In this document: positions 50,740 through 64,000 of the stretch, piece after piece
Position numbering within the stretch: the stretch's first letter is position 1
How the letters are laid out: each line of letters starts with the position of its first letter
Source: Diadema antillarum
Lineage: Eukaryota
Length of the DNA stretch: 64,000 bases
Reading direction: 5' to 3'
Assembly: GCF_040938485.1 (NCBI RefSeq)
Contig: NW_027272364.1
Coordinates: 1 to 64,000 of the forward strand
Program-made: the position numbers and the translations under genes
The notes under the pieces: model-generated
The model's input: the letters and a program-made list of their open reading frames with translations, nothing else
What the model was told of the DNA's origin: nothing
The model's database searches: none

Positions 50740-52514
50740 TTAACAAATACGTAGAGCCGTCATTCTAAAAAGGAATATTCGTGTTCCGCTGAAACCTACC
50801 ACTATAATTATACCAAAAAAAAATCTATTTATCTTACAGATTCTAAATATAGTCTATATTGCGAAAGTTTTCACTTCAGTCTGATCATTTTTGTTAATGT
50901 CCCTTGAGCTGAGTGCACTAAGAAAACGTTCATTTAGTCATTAAAGATTCAAGATTCAAGATTCAAATCTATTTTCACTTCCATCAAATACACAAGAATA
51001 TTTTATACATTGCATATGTACAGGATATTTGTAATAATTACAGAATGTGATTTGACAAAGTACATATGAAAATGAGAAGCAGATGAAAAAAACCGCTATT
51101 ATGTCTTTGTGAATATATACAGAAACTTGAGAAAGCGTATATAATACAAGTCAACTAATGATGAGGATGGAAGTGGAGTGTCCCACTAAGAAGCAGAGCT
51201 TGTACGATATTATGGGACCCTTAGAAAATAGACAAGACAGCAATGTAAAACAAAATAAAACGAACCGATGTCAACTGACATCAAAATAATTGGGAAGGGA
51301 AAAAGAAAGAAAAAAAAGGGGAAAAAAGGAAAAAAAAACCAAACAACTACAGCACGTGCCATCGCGGATTCCATGATGTAAAATTAGTGATGAAATACAA
51401 CCTGGATTGAAAATAATGCAAATTTTTTATACATGATTATATTGGTAAGAATGCAGGAGAAAGAGAGTAGACACTTCAATATATGCGGAACACTGACAGG
51501 AACATAATTATAAGGAGGACTTATGTAAAAAAAGATAAGTTCATAGTAATTGTTTAATATTCAAAGAAATGATGACTTGACTGAGATGGCAAAACGAAAC
51601 TAACTCGGTTGGATGTTGTAAGATTTCAATAAAAATAATTCTAATTAAGATGAATGAATCATAAACATGTTATGTGGATCGAGTGAATACAGAAATATCA
51701 GAAGAACACATCAGTCAAGTTTGAAGAAAATCAGACAATTTGTTTAAGGTTATGACATGTAAGTTCGAACGATGAAGAATGTTACAACAATTTGTAATGT
51801 AACTGTAGGAAAACGATATAAAGAAATTTATTTTGATTTGACAATATAGTTTAGATATGTTGATATACAAAGGCCTGGTAACATTATCTGCTGTCAAACC
51901 AGTCGAAGCAAAATGAATGATTCATGGAACAGCTTGGTAAATACAAAATAATGGAAACCGATAATACTAACGATAACTGACTTATGTGGGTGGGGGGTGG
52001 GGGGGGGGGGGTCCGTCAGTCCCCAAGGGTAAATTATTGTTCTAGATCAATTCTATGTGGTCCATGCAGCTCACAATATAATAGAGTGATGGCATAAGTT
52101 GATTTGGATATTGAAGTGAAGATAAGATAAGTTGGAGTATTTTTCATATATTTTTTGTTTTGTATTTCAATAATGTGATATTTGTATTATTGGTCTGTTC
52201 TGATAATGTGCATTTGTATTTTTTACAAGTTATTGCGTATGTATACGGGAATGCATTACATGAGGGCTCACATGCCTAAGGGCAATAGTAGAATAATTAT
52301 TTTGTAAGCCCTAGCCCATGTAGGCCTATTGCTTCCCAGTTTATACTTTGTCAGACGTAAACAGTGTTTTTGTGTTACTGTATCAACTGTATTATTTTTA
52401 TGTGATTATAAATGTTATGTTATTGTTTATTGTCATTGTCATTTGGCGGAATAAATGATAATGAAAATAGTAATAATAATAAATGTGTTTTTTTTTCATT
52501 ATTTTGTTTTGCAG

Positions 52515-52885
52515 GAAGCAGCTGTAGCTCCCTGGGTACAGCTAACGGACGTCTACCGACCACAGGACGGGGCTCTTCAGGGAGACTTGTCGATGACGTC
52601 GCACGAGAGAAGGCACTGGCGAAAGCCGCGGCACGACGGACATTTCAGGTATTTGTGCAAAAGCTTGATGGAAAGACGGTCACCATTGACACGTGTAGTC
52701 AGGATACTATCCGTGAGCTGAGAAGGAAAATTCATGCCAAAACTAATATTGCGCCTTCGCAGCAAGTCTTGACGTACGGGAGTACAACCCTGAACGAGGA
52801 AGCGAAAACTGTGCAAGACTACAATATCGGACAGCACGCTACCATACACCTGAGTGCCCGCCTCCGAGGAGGTCGCACTTCCTAA
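52515..52885 (+). CDS. RING-RING-UBL gene 3, exon 2 (UBL ending RLRGG-RTS)
   Basis: Acceptor TTTTGTTTTGCAG, 371 nt, phase 1. The spliced product is 309 aa. Confidence 0.9.
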
Positions 52886-54634
52886 CTTCCTTGCGAACTG
52901 CTCCTTATACTCCAGACATTTATTCAACCAAAAAGAAAAAAAGAAGACAAAACAACAACCTCGAACGTTGTAACAACCTTTGTGAATTGGGCTTTACTCA
53001 CGTCAGAGTTACTCATGTATTCCATGTTAAGGAGAATAAGAGTTCTCTCATAACCAAAATCACATGAATGAATACGGCCTAAACAGTCTCCCTGTCTGAA
53101 AAAAACACACAAAAACAACAAAACAAACACGAAAACAAACAAACCCTACACCAATGAATGTTCGGTGAATAGAATTATACAGATGAATGAATAAATAAGT
53201 AGGGTAAATTCAAAATTTAGTTTAAACGACTTCATCATATTCATTAATGCGGATTTTATCAGTCATTTTAATAATTTACGTTGTCTGGATGAACATCTGA
53301 GGTAAAAACAAACGAACATACAAAGAATGATGATATCCTGGAGTGTGTTCATTGGTCAGGTTGTCATAAGGCAGACCTACAAAAACAGAGAGATCCTAAA
53401 AGCTGAAAATTGGTACCGAGAGGTGTATGCATTGATTCCGAGTATGGGTTAAGTTGTAAAGAAGTTTGTATCACATCAATTGCCGTTTCATATACACTTG
53501 CATTATTATTTTTTGGTGTTATGATTTAATGTATAACGATACAGATTTGATGCATGATAATTGAAAGACAAGCTCATCATTTATCTTGTATCTTTGAAAT
53601 ATGTAAATATCATTAATCTGTTAAAAAAAGAGAGGAAAAAAAGCCATGTATCTGTACCGATTAAATGTGTAAAATGATGTTTCATTTGTTTGTAAATGCT
53701 ATGTACATTCCTCAGGTATTTTGATGGAAAAAGCGAGTTTTTTTATGTGTTCTGTTGATACTATAGTACAAATCCGTGATTCTTATGTTTTTCATTCAAA
53801 AGTCTCTTCTCTGTTATTTTGAATTTTTTGGGGTGTATCATTATTATCATTATCATCATCGTCATTATTATCATTATGACTATTTTTGTTATCATTATTA
53901 TTGTTATTATTATTATTATTATCATTATTATTCTATCTGGAAGAGGACATACAACATACACTGTAAAAATCAAATACAGAGCTGAACATGATTAATCACT
54001 GCAATAACACAAAAATAAACTTAGACACTGGATGCACTGGCAAGGCTGCCAGGCGTTGGGCAAAGTTATCTGACTAACTATATACATTATAATCCACATT
54101 CCAGACCGCCCTATAACCTATACCCCCGTCACTTGCACCCAGTGTTGCGGATGTATCATGGATAATCATGACATAACATCCTTAGCAATACCCCTTGAAA
54201 ATCCCTTATAAATAGTTATGATGAATAAGAATGATAATCGTTGAAATGTTGGTGCTTGTTAACACAAAGATGTTCGGTTTGATATATTTGATTCGATATA
54301 TTATGTACTTGGTTTGATATATTAATGTACATGTAGTTTGTTTCTCTTTGTATGTTTCTGCACAGATGTTGGCATGTTTACTACTTGTTACTTCTATCAC
54401 TTCACTCCTCTTGAGTTTATGTTTTGAAGATTAGAATGAAAGGGAAAAAATCCCATCTTTCTTTACTTTCAAACTTAGCAATTATTGTTTCTATAACACC
54501 ATTCAAAACATTGTCTTTACTTCTCTGTATGTTCCAAATAAAATGAACAACGTGTATAATGTAACATCGTTTCATACTTTCTTTTGGGCAAACCACTTAC
54601 TTTACCATTGCATTTTTCGTCTTGATGCAGTTGT

Positions 54635-54688
<54 letters not shown>

Positions 54689-54690
54689 GA
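54635..54690. repeat. Compound (GT)n(GA)n microsatellite, one of many simple repeats in the window
   Basis: Seen directly. Others include (GT)n near 1665 and 36108, (TA)n near 2350, 9081, 35370 and 36250, (AAAC)n 7745-7900, and (CAA)n near 35826. Confidence 0.95.
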
Positions 54691-57600
54691 GTAGTAGTAT
54701 GTGATCTGCTGTGTTAGCATGTACGTGTGTTTGTGTGTGTGTGTTTGTACATGTGTACTTTTCACAACTTGACTTACAGACTTTATTCTCAATTGGCAAC
54801 TTCAGTATTGTATACACAGTGGAGAGAAGCCATTCAGTGAATCTTATAAATTATTGAATGCCATTTCGATTTCATGATCAAGTTGACTATATCGTGCAAA
54901 ATAAAATTAGTCCAACAAAACGGTAGATGCTACATCGAAATTGGACTTGAGATATAAAAGTTTGGAAATCATCAATTTTTTGTGTTTTCACCAACGATGA
55001 ACTCAATATAGTTATACCCATGTCATGACGTCAGCTATTCACAACTTCTCCTTGATTATTAATGCGCAAAGATGTCGCAAAAATCTACATACCCAAAGTT
55101 GTCTTTGTTATAGAATACAATTATGCATTATAATACACCGGAAATTTTGTGCAAAGAAGGCTTGCGTGTGGCGGGAGACTTATGAGGTCATGACATTATC
55201 ACCTCATATACTTTGCATATTGTGATTACTCCTGAACTGCTTCATGAAAACATGTCAAACTATCCACAAGTTTATAAACTTCTACATTTCGCCAACACTA
55301 TATCTTACAAAACTTCTGCCATTTTGTTCGATTTGATTCTCCATTCCAAGAGCCAACTTGAACAGGATGAAGATTGCACTTAAACCCACAAACTCACTCT
55401 ACTTGAAAGATCTGCATAAAACATTCATAATCAATATGATATACATGACAATGAATGTTATACTATTTACGTTGAAGCAGAACTGATAAACACGTTAAAA
55501 AGAATACACAAAAAAAAAACGTAGAGAGTAAAAAACTGTAAGCCTATAGTTTATGGTACAATAATCAATCATTTTTGTTAGACATATTGCTATTTATATG
55601 TATACATATTTTTTCTATCAGTAGGTTTTGTCAGTCCCACCCATTAACCTAATTTCCGCCGGTGACGAGCATTCATCGAAAACAAAAAATGCGCAACACC
55701 GACAGAGAATGGATATTATCAAGGAGGTTTAAGAGATGGAGTTCCAATTGGTTGTAATTATTCAAACAGTTGTCACTTTTCTATTGATGTACAAAAGAAT
55801 TCCATAGGTGCATCTGTGCCTTTGGTGGCGGGGTTTGATGCCGCCGTCTTGCTGAGCAATCTGAAGATTCATTTTGAACGTTCACTTAATGTTGGCTATA
55901 TTTTGCTTGTTTATCTATTAAATGAAACGAAATCTCACTTAATGATAAAGCTCATTAAACAAAGGTCAATCCCTTCAAGAAATATGTGCAAAAGTGTAAA
56001 TCAGAGCTGTATCATGTGAAAGTGTTTAAAATTGTACCCTCCTGGAAAGCCGGTTTTATTACTTTTCAACTTAATTAATCCAAATAAAACTGATATGGAA
56101 TAATCTTCGAGTATAATTCTACATTGATAGATATATCAGATTAGTGGCCGGGCACGGCCAGTCGAGTAATTTTCATTTTCATTTCATAATTTTTTGCGCA
56201 ATTTCTATTTGCGCATCCCCGTGTCTTTACCTTTATATACCACCTATCTTTTATAAGTAGGAATGGCGAAAAGTAATTACCATCACAAAGACATATTTTC
56301 GTTAGAAAGTGGCTGATGATTATGCAATGAGAAATGAGTCAATTGTCTTCCTATCTGCGCGGCAGAACCAGTTTGCCACATGCTTCAAATACTTTCGAGT
56401 GGCGGCATCGAACGTGACTTCAAAGGAAATACGACAGTAATTATCTTGTTGTGACTCCATTCTCTTGAACCTCCTTGATATTATACAGTTGTACTTGTAC
56501 CAAAGATCATATACGTAGGATCTTTGCACACACAGGAAGGCATGTGAACATCGTGGGGGATACATTATGTCTGTGTACATATCCATGTAGACTCATAACA
56601 CACAAAGCCGTCAATCTATTTTTAGCGACAGGAAATTGGATACAAAGTACATGAAAGCAAAAGAAATGGTTGGACACAATTCCAGAGAATGGATATCTGT
56701 GATACAGCATTCATTGGTTGACAACAAGAGCATGCGCAGACTCTGGCGAGTTATATAGCGAGCTGAGCGCTGTGACATTCATACGCGGGTAAAATGTAGT
56801 GCGAGAAATATACACATATACGTACAACTTCATCATGTACAGGAATACTAGTAGTGTGACATAACTCGAAAAATGGTCTTCGAAATCTAAATCATGCATC
56901 ATAATCGTTGCTTATTTCATCTTAAATGATATCTATTGCAAAACACAGTAGGCCTACACAATAAATTGAGTCTGAAAGGGAAAAAAAAAACTTTGAGCAT
57001 AAATGAATGGTGAATATATCCACAGTAAAATTTACTCATTCATTCTCTTTCGATTGCATCCAGGCACAATTAAAATGTCTATGACGACTAATTTAGCTTG
57101 GCGGCTTTTAAAGGACTCCAACATCCAAAATGGGTCCTCGTGTGTCATGATGACTTCTCCTGAAGTGAATAGGTTTTCGAATCACACATTCAGGAATTGT
57201 TTGACTGAAATATGTATAAAAATGTTTGTGATTACTCAATATTTGTTTCTGCACCTATTAAGCTTTACCACTATATTCCTTCTTTTAACTGATTTTCGAT
57301 GGCACAAGGGTTAAAGTTGAAATAAGCGTAAAATTACCTTAATGTTTATAAAGATTATGCACCTTGCCATAACTAGGTCCTATAGGTCTAAATATCAAGG
57401 CAGGTTTCTTACATACATATAATTCAGAACATTCTCTTATCTACTACATTATATACTCTCAATTCTAGAAAAAGTTTCCACTAATAATGACCATCATAAG
57501 AATAGGTTCTGAGGTGTTATTCTATAAAATCTGTCATGCTATTGTGAGTTGGTGTATTTTTAGTCGTGTAACATCATACACTGTAATGCTTTATTTCACT

Positions 57601-58312
57601 ATTGAATGACATCAGGAAGAGGGGGGGGGGGGGAGTGTGGAGAGGAAAGAAATCAAATAGTAAACATCAATGATATATTTTGTGTGATAAATTTCAAGAG
57701 TATAGTCATGCAGGCTGACAACGCCCACGGAAATTTCCATTTCACGCCCATGCGCAGTGCTCATTAGACCTAAAGAGGATGTGCAGTATGTGAGCACATT
57801 GCCTCGTTCTATTGTACTGAGTAGTGTGGGAGAGAACTGATAGCGTCATTTGGGTGTATGTTGCTAAGAAACCGAGTTGTAAACGGCTTCAGACCAACGT
57901 CCACGCTTTTCATGTGATCGAATGGGACGAGGAATCTTCCAGTTTTCTGCCGAGTATTGCCGGTTTAGTGCATCTTTAAACCCACTCCGTCGAATATGTT
58001 TCGCTTCCCATGTCAAACTGCACCTGTGGGAATTCGTTTGCGTATATACGAGATCCCTTGCAAGTATGAACAAATTTGGGGAGAAAACTATAGATATGAA
58101 TAGTTAAGCTCGTGTCAGAGCTGTGGAGTGACTCCGCGTTATATCAAACCTTTCGATCATAGGCGAGGATCATCAGGACTACATCAGAGACAGAATAGAG
58201 AGGGAGACTGGTTGGTGTACATGGGGGAAAAAAAAAACATACTCGACAGAATCGCAGTCTTTTAGAGGAATTCGGTCAATATACTGAATCAGGGTTTTCT
58301 TCTCTCTCGTAG

Positions 58313-58361
58313 CTTCATAACAAGCTTGCTTTGAAGCCGTCCGGCAACGCTTCCAATCATG
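58313..58361 (+). other. Putative 49-nt exon ending in ATG (5' exon of a neighbouring gene)
   Basis: Strong acceptor TTTTCTTCTCTCTCGTAG and donor ATG|GTAAGT. Confidence 0.4.
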
Positions 58362-59515
58362 GTAAGTTTTCATAGAACTTTGAAGGAAGTGATTATGATA
58401 AGCAACTGGAAATTATCCTCTTACATGAAGCTATCACGTTCCTAATTAATTTTCAATACGTATATGAGCTAAACGGCAATGCGTAACGTCTCTATAATTA
58501 TTTGTTCTTTCCGGTTACAAATCTACATTAACGTCAGTTTGTGTCATGTGCTCAAGCTCAGAGCTGGCCAACTCGTAAAAGAAACACTTTTTATCAGGGA
58601 AAAAAAATGATGAAATGACATTTTACTGATCAACGTTCAAAGTTCAACATTTCATGTTGTTACCGCCATAAGGGTGTAAATATCCTTATTTTGAAAAATA
58701 GAAAATGGAATGAATGGACGGGTGTAAGTAAGCACGTATACAGACCGAACTGTTCAAACCAAAGAGGTCAGAGGAGAAAACAGTTTGGATCTTGGAGTGC
58801 CCCGTTCAGCAAAGCGTAGGAACTTCAATCTCACCGCACAGTCTTTCAAGAGGCTCTTAGATCATTACATCCAAACTCCAACTCCAATATCAAACATGAA
58901 GTGAAATCTCACAGGACTTATATCTACGTGAACATTTAACTGACATAATTATTATCTTAACGTTGAGTTTGTATTGCTATTGCAAATTCCATGAATAACA
59001 TACAGCATATAGTAATAATAATATAGATTTCTGATTGTTCAAAGTGCGATGGTGCGCGTTTCCATCAGTCATATGGCCCTTTTTCAATTTGCGCCCATCC
59101 AAAGGGTGTATGGGAAAAAGCCCCTGATCTTACTTTTTGATATTACAGTTATGAGGGGAGAAGAAATGTAATAAATTACCGTCATATACATGCAGCAAAC
59201 ATGTATCAAATGCCTTAGTATAATTACTATCGAACATTGCGCGAAGTATAATTATTTCCTTTTTTTTCAAACTAAATTCTATAAGTGACTGCGAATCAGG
59301 AATAAGGCAAACTGCATAAAGCAAGAATAAAATCATTCTCAGCTCTGATGGTACATTGATTTACGTTGAGTGTCGGTGTGAATCTTAAATAGATCCATTT
59401 CAGGGAGCTTTCAAACGAGGAACTTTGATCTTAATCAGCTGGGTTATTATCAACTTGTTACTTGATTTTTGTCCGACATTCATGCACTTCGACACCTCAA
59501 ACTGCAGTACATTAA

Positions 59516-59913
59516 AGGGATGGTATAGTTTTGGTTGAGATAAGGATTCAGATTTTAACTTTTTCCGAGATAATAGAAACCACTTGAAATGATAATATAA
59601 TCTTTTATGAAATATCAATGAGAATACAATTCTAAAAGTAATTAAAAAAAAATCATTTGATGAAAATCGGTTTTGAATAAGCTGAGATATCCAAGAGCAA
59701 AGAGGTCCTAATAAAAGGCGAAACCCACCTATTATTGGGACCACTTTGTTTTGCGCTGTTGTTGGATATTTCAGCCATTTCAAAACCGACTTTCAACAAA
59801 TATATTTGCGATTCCTCTTAGAATTGTTTGCTCTTTGGTATTTTAAATAAGTGGTTCTAATTATCTGAAGTTAAATCTGAATCCCAATATCAACGAAAAA
59901 CTATACTATCCCT
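59516..59913. mobile_element. About 400-bp foldback MITE with TTAA target (Kolobok-like)
   Basis: AGGGATGGTATAGTTTTGGTTGAGAT pairs with ATATCAACGAAAAACTATACTATCCCT. Flanks are TTAA and TTGA. Confidence 0.7.
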
Positions 59914-62247
59914 TTGATAAGGCTCTGACATTGCCTGGCCAAAATGCTATGACAACATGTCGCGCATGCATTGATGAGCGCCTATAAAACGGGATATGCA
60001 CCACCAATCTATTTTTGGCGACGGGGAATTTGGAGGTCGATCGTACGACAGTCAGCTAAACCGTAATTCTCGTATGCAAGCAGAACTATCGATTATTACT
60101 CTCAAATGAACACGTTATATATGCATAGGAACTGTGTGAAATAACGCTGTAATAACACTATTTCAGTTGAGTAAGGACAAAAATGCAAAATATCAGCCGA
60201 AATGGTTCGCCGGAGAAGATGAATCAGAGCTCTTCCGAGATCTATGTTTTGGCTTTAATATTCATGAAGAGGGCTACAGAATTGGAGCCTATTGGTTACT
60301 GGACTAGTCTCGCGCTACGACCCATCGCTTACATTATGCTCCTCTTTCCATGTAATTACTGCTCTAACAGGTAACAGCTCTGTCATCCTATCACACCTCT
60401 TTCACATATAAATGTTGAGGGCTAGAATTGGTAGACACGTGCCAGGAATGCACAATATAGGTACCAGTCTATACTGATGTATAACTCTGTAATCTTTTAC
60501 ATATAGGCCTAAAGAGAGAGCTAAAATAGGAAGATATACAAGTAAGTATATGAATGATGTTTTAAGATATACGTTGAGTGTCCAGAATACTAGATAATTG
60601 CTTTTCTGAAACAGGAATTAACAGCGTGATGTCTCCGGTAGGCCTATTCCTAAGCAATGATCGAGAAAATGACACCCTTGGAAAGTTTTGGTGTCACAAA
60701 TGCAACAAGATGCCTGCTTGAGCATTGAATAACCTTGAAATAGCATGGATACCGTATCACGCCATCCGATTGTTATGTGCAATATATTACAGATATAATT
60801 TTATGACAGAGTTACATCAATATTCTTAAATAGCACCTATCTAGCCTCCTGGACAACAGACCTGCATGTCTTCCAATTTGAGCCTTTACCATAATGTAAA
60901 ATGTATAGGGTCTATAAGGTGACAAAGTTTACATCGATGTAAATTGGCACTTATCCAGCATTCTTACATGCTCGTTTGGCACTAAGGGAGATGGGCGAAT
61001 CGAGCGATTTCATTGGTCGAAGAAACCAACTGAATTATTCAGTGGGTCATGAATATCGTATCAAGTCGAGGAAACAATCAATCTGCAAACAAACTTGGCT
61101 TCGAATAAAAGCCATTAACAAAAATCAACAGGCAATACAAACGAAATGATACCTATTTTATGTCTGTCGGTAAGTTGCGTCTTCGTATTTCACTTGTTTG
61201 TATACTCGAAATCACTGATAGTGGGCTCTATACCAGTGTGTGATAGTCCCTTCAATAATAGGCTGGGCCATGACGGAGAAATAAGAAGCACAACCATTAT
61301 ATTCCATGGACATATTTCCACGTCTGCGGACTTTCGAAAAGTTATGCACACATTTTTTTCCAGTACTATTCATTCACTTCCATCTTTAATAGCAATACAT
61401 GAAATAAAAACTGCAATCAAATTGGTATTACTGTGCATTGTACATATGTAGTATTTCTGCACTAGGAAATAAAAACAACAACAAAACAACAAGTAATGAC
61501 TGAAATATTTCATTTTGTCGTTGAAACAAATGAAAAGAAGATAGTACAGCAAAATTACCAACATAAAAAAATGGAAGTGAACGATTCCTTTATAAGTATA
61601 GGAGGACATGACATCAAAAAAAGAAATGTGCCTCTTTGTGTTAATCTTTGATTTAGGTATCATCTAATGCCATAGCTGTTCAGAAAACATTAAGGTCTTT
61701 CAAATTCATTAGAAATTATTTTTTATCTTTTTTCTTGCTATCTCAAATCATTATTTCAGCTGTATATAACATGTAGGACTGGAGACAATTAAATTCACTT
61801 AAATGCAAATTACAGAGGGATCCTGTGATATCTTCCCTGTAAATGAAAGAATAAATACATTTAAATATTCAAAAGAGCATGTGATATTTTATAAATTACA
61901 AAAAGGCGAAATGACCTCCGGAGTTACTCTGGACGAGTTTATTGTAACGTATACTAACCATAACGTTGCTATCCATTTTTTTTTTTTTTTTTTTTTGGTG
62001 GTGGTGGTGGTGATGGTCTAGCTAAAAAAAAAAATTATCAGTCAAACTGCTAAAAAAATTTGCTGGAACATGTGTCATGATGCGGTAATTGTTTATAGTA
62101 ACTTTCATTTTCGCAAAATTTTTGTCACAAGACACTGATTTTATTTTATCATGTCCTTTTTTATAACATTACTAACCATGTCCTTTTAGTTACCTTGTCA
62201 ACTCCAATATTTTTTTAATTGTATTCATTCTTTTCCATTCTTTTCTA

Positions 62248-63177
62248 CACTCAGCAAAAAAAAAGAAGAAGAAGAAAGTAAACACTTTTTCAAGTTTATA
62301 TCTCTCATAGAACATTTGGCTTAAAGTTAATTAAAGTGAACAGTGTTTTATTTGGTTATCAACCTGGTAGGTCAATATAAAGGGAAACTTAACGCATGAC
62401 TGAACACCTTTACTTTCCTCATCAAATGCATAAAAGTTAAAATAGTAACAATTAACAAGATGTCATTCATTTGTTAGTGCTCTTCCCTGTAACAATAAGA
62501 ACAAAAGACGAATTTAACGCAATAATAAAACATTACTTAAATTGCAACAGTAAGACTATGATCTCTATAATATCTTTGAAGCTCAAAAGATCAATAAAGG
62601 CTAAAATATTGGAGGAAAATGAAGAGTCTTCTGTCAAATCCAAATTCAAATGGAATGAGAATTGTAAATAGTATTTGGTTCTTAGATTTGTGTCATGAAT
62701 TCTTTAATTACTAAATAAAAAATGAAATACAGATATTCTGTTCATTTAATCATCTTTGTGCCCTTACTTCCTATGCCATTTGAAGTTCGAGTTGGCAGAA
62801 AATTCTTATTTTTTCCTTTGGTTCCCGCTTTGATTTTGTTTGAGGTTATAATGAGAACGAAGACTTATTTTTGCTGTTTCATTCAGGTCTCTCATTGTAT
62901 TAAAGTGGTCTTTTGTTATCATTGTTGTCTTTAAGGGCATTTCAAAATGAAAGACAACATGTCAATATTTGCAATTTTTACATTTGTACCTTGGAGGACA
63001 AAAACGAACATGTTCACTCAGGGGTAGAATTCCCTTTAAATTGACATACTGGTTTCATAGCCTATCAAATTACCTTTAACATGGTATATAATACATTGAT
63101 TTTCATCAAAATCTTCTATGAAAAAAATGAACAGGAAAAAGTGTTAACTTTCTTTTTCTTTCATATTTTGCTGAGTG
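62248..63177. mobile_element. CACTA/EnSpm-like non-autonomous element inserted into the 61620-63315 repeat copy
   Basis: TIRs CACTCAGCAAAA and TTTTGCTGAGTG, TA on both sides, matching subterminal arms. It interrupts sequence that is contiguous at 18210-18290. Confidence 0.75.
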
Positions 63178-63890
63178 TACAAAATCTGGGAAGAATGAAC
63201 ATGTTGTAACATGATTTTGACCTGAAATGAATAGATGATGATTTAGTAGTAGGCCTACAGTGTAAAAGCAAATATGTAAATTTGCTTAAAGTATAAATGT
63301 AACGTTACTAACCATACCTAAGTATGTAATATATAAAACTAGCAACCCATCCCCAAACAATTCTCCCTACCTACTTTTCATAACAATTTATACCTCTACA
63401 ACTATCCTACAGCAACGACACCAAAAAACCTATATGCTTCTCCCCTCCCTCTTTCAATCCACCCATTGCCAGAGAGACGTCTGTCATTGTTCCCCTCCCC
63501 CAATTTCCAAGTCCAAACATCCCCATGCCCTCGCCCCAGCACATCCATAACCTCCTATATCACCCCTTGCCACAATTCACTACCCACCCATACTTTTACT
63601 CATTACTACCTGAACACACTCACTCATAGCAGGGAGGTGTAAAAAAAACCTCCCTGCTTATAGCATGCTCAATTGTAAACACACATTCAAAGCTAAATGA
63701 AAAAGACACACATATACGGCCCCAAACTAATCAAATTGAGGATTTCTTTTAATTGAATGCAGTTGTATTTTGATGTTACATTAATGAACGTTACAAGCCT
63801 CATACGACGTGATCTTCAATGACTCTTTTATCATAAATGCCCTCTTCATCAGTCACTTGTTATTCTCTCTCCTTCTAACTGCCTATTCAG

Positions 63891-63915
63891 GACCAAGAAC
63901 TTGATGATTCCGACC
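63891..63915 (+). CDS. Putative 25-nt micro-exon (DQELDDSD) of a neighbouring gene
   Basis: Branch-point-like CTAAC, pyrimidine tract, TATTCAG acceptor and ACC|GTGAGT donor. It is in frame if joined to the ATG at 58359-58361. Confidence 0.4.
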
Positions 63916-64000
63916 GTGAGTAAACTTTTGTTTGTTTGTTTGTTTGATTTATTTCTGCATTTTCTTTCTCCGAATACAATTCCAAATGAAAACAAAATGA

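Larger units (their letters stand above)
45154..54205 (+). repeat. Segmental duplication unit 3
   Basis: Colinear with units 1 and 2. Similarity to the unit 2 downstream region fades near 54205. Confidence 0.85.

Noticed and set aside
54300-57600. Short ORFs in the region downstream of unit 3
   Set aside because: No domain motifs or convincing splice pairs; it appears to be ordinary intergenic DNA.

Overview
Eukaryotic, AT-rich, repeat-dense invertebrate DNA on a draft assembly with 3 N-gaps. The MITE and SINE style resembles echinoderms, which is inference only. Nearly all tracked ORFs are spurious, and the real genes are spliced, all on the + strand. (1) Three tandem segmental units (about 22.5-54.2 kb) each carry a two-exon gene of 305, 305 or 309 aa. 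Exon 1 encodes two tandem TRIM-type C3HC4 RING fingers with no B-box or coiled coil. Exon 2 encodes a C-terminal ubiquitin-like domain ending RLRGG plus a 3-residue tail (RTS). NF-kB-consensus sites recur upstream of every copy, and copies 1 and 2 have a kB-TATA-Inr proximal promoter. (2) An upstream gene (3165-10157, about 417 aa) has a Ser-rich repeated N-terminus with a DSGIGES degron-like motif and two UBL domains. Its last UBL is paralogous to the RING genes' UBL but ends RLVSG. (3) Two probable micro-exons of a neighbouring gene lie at 58.3 and 63.9 kb. The rest is non-autonomous DNA transposons with identifiable TIRs and TSDs (hAT-, Academ-, CACTA-, Kolobok- and Harbinger-like), tRNA-derived SINEs, LINE remnants and microsatellites. 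The best candidate for a new system is an inducible RING-RING-UBL(GG) family, possibly a conjugatable E3, next to a UBL relative that lacks the GG.
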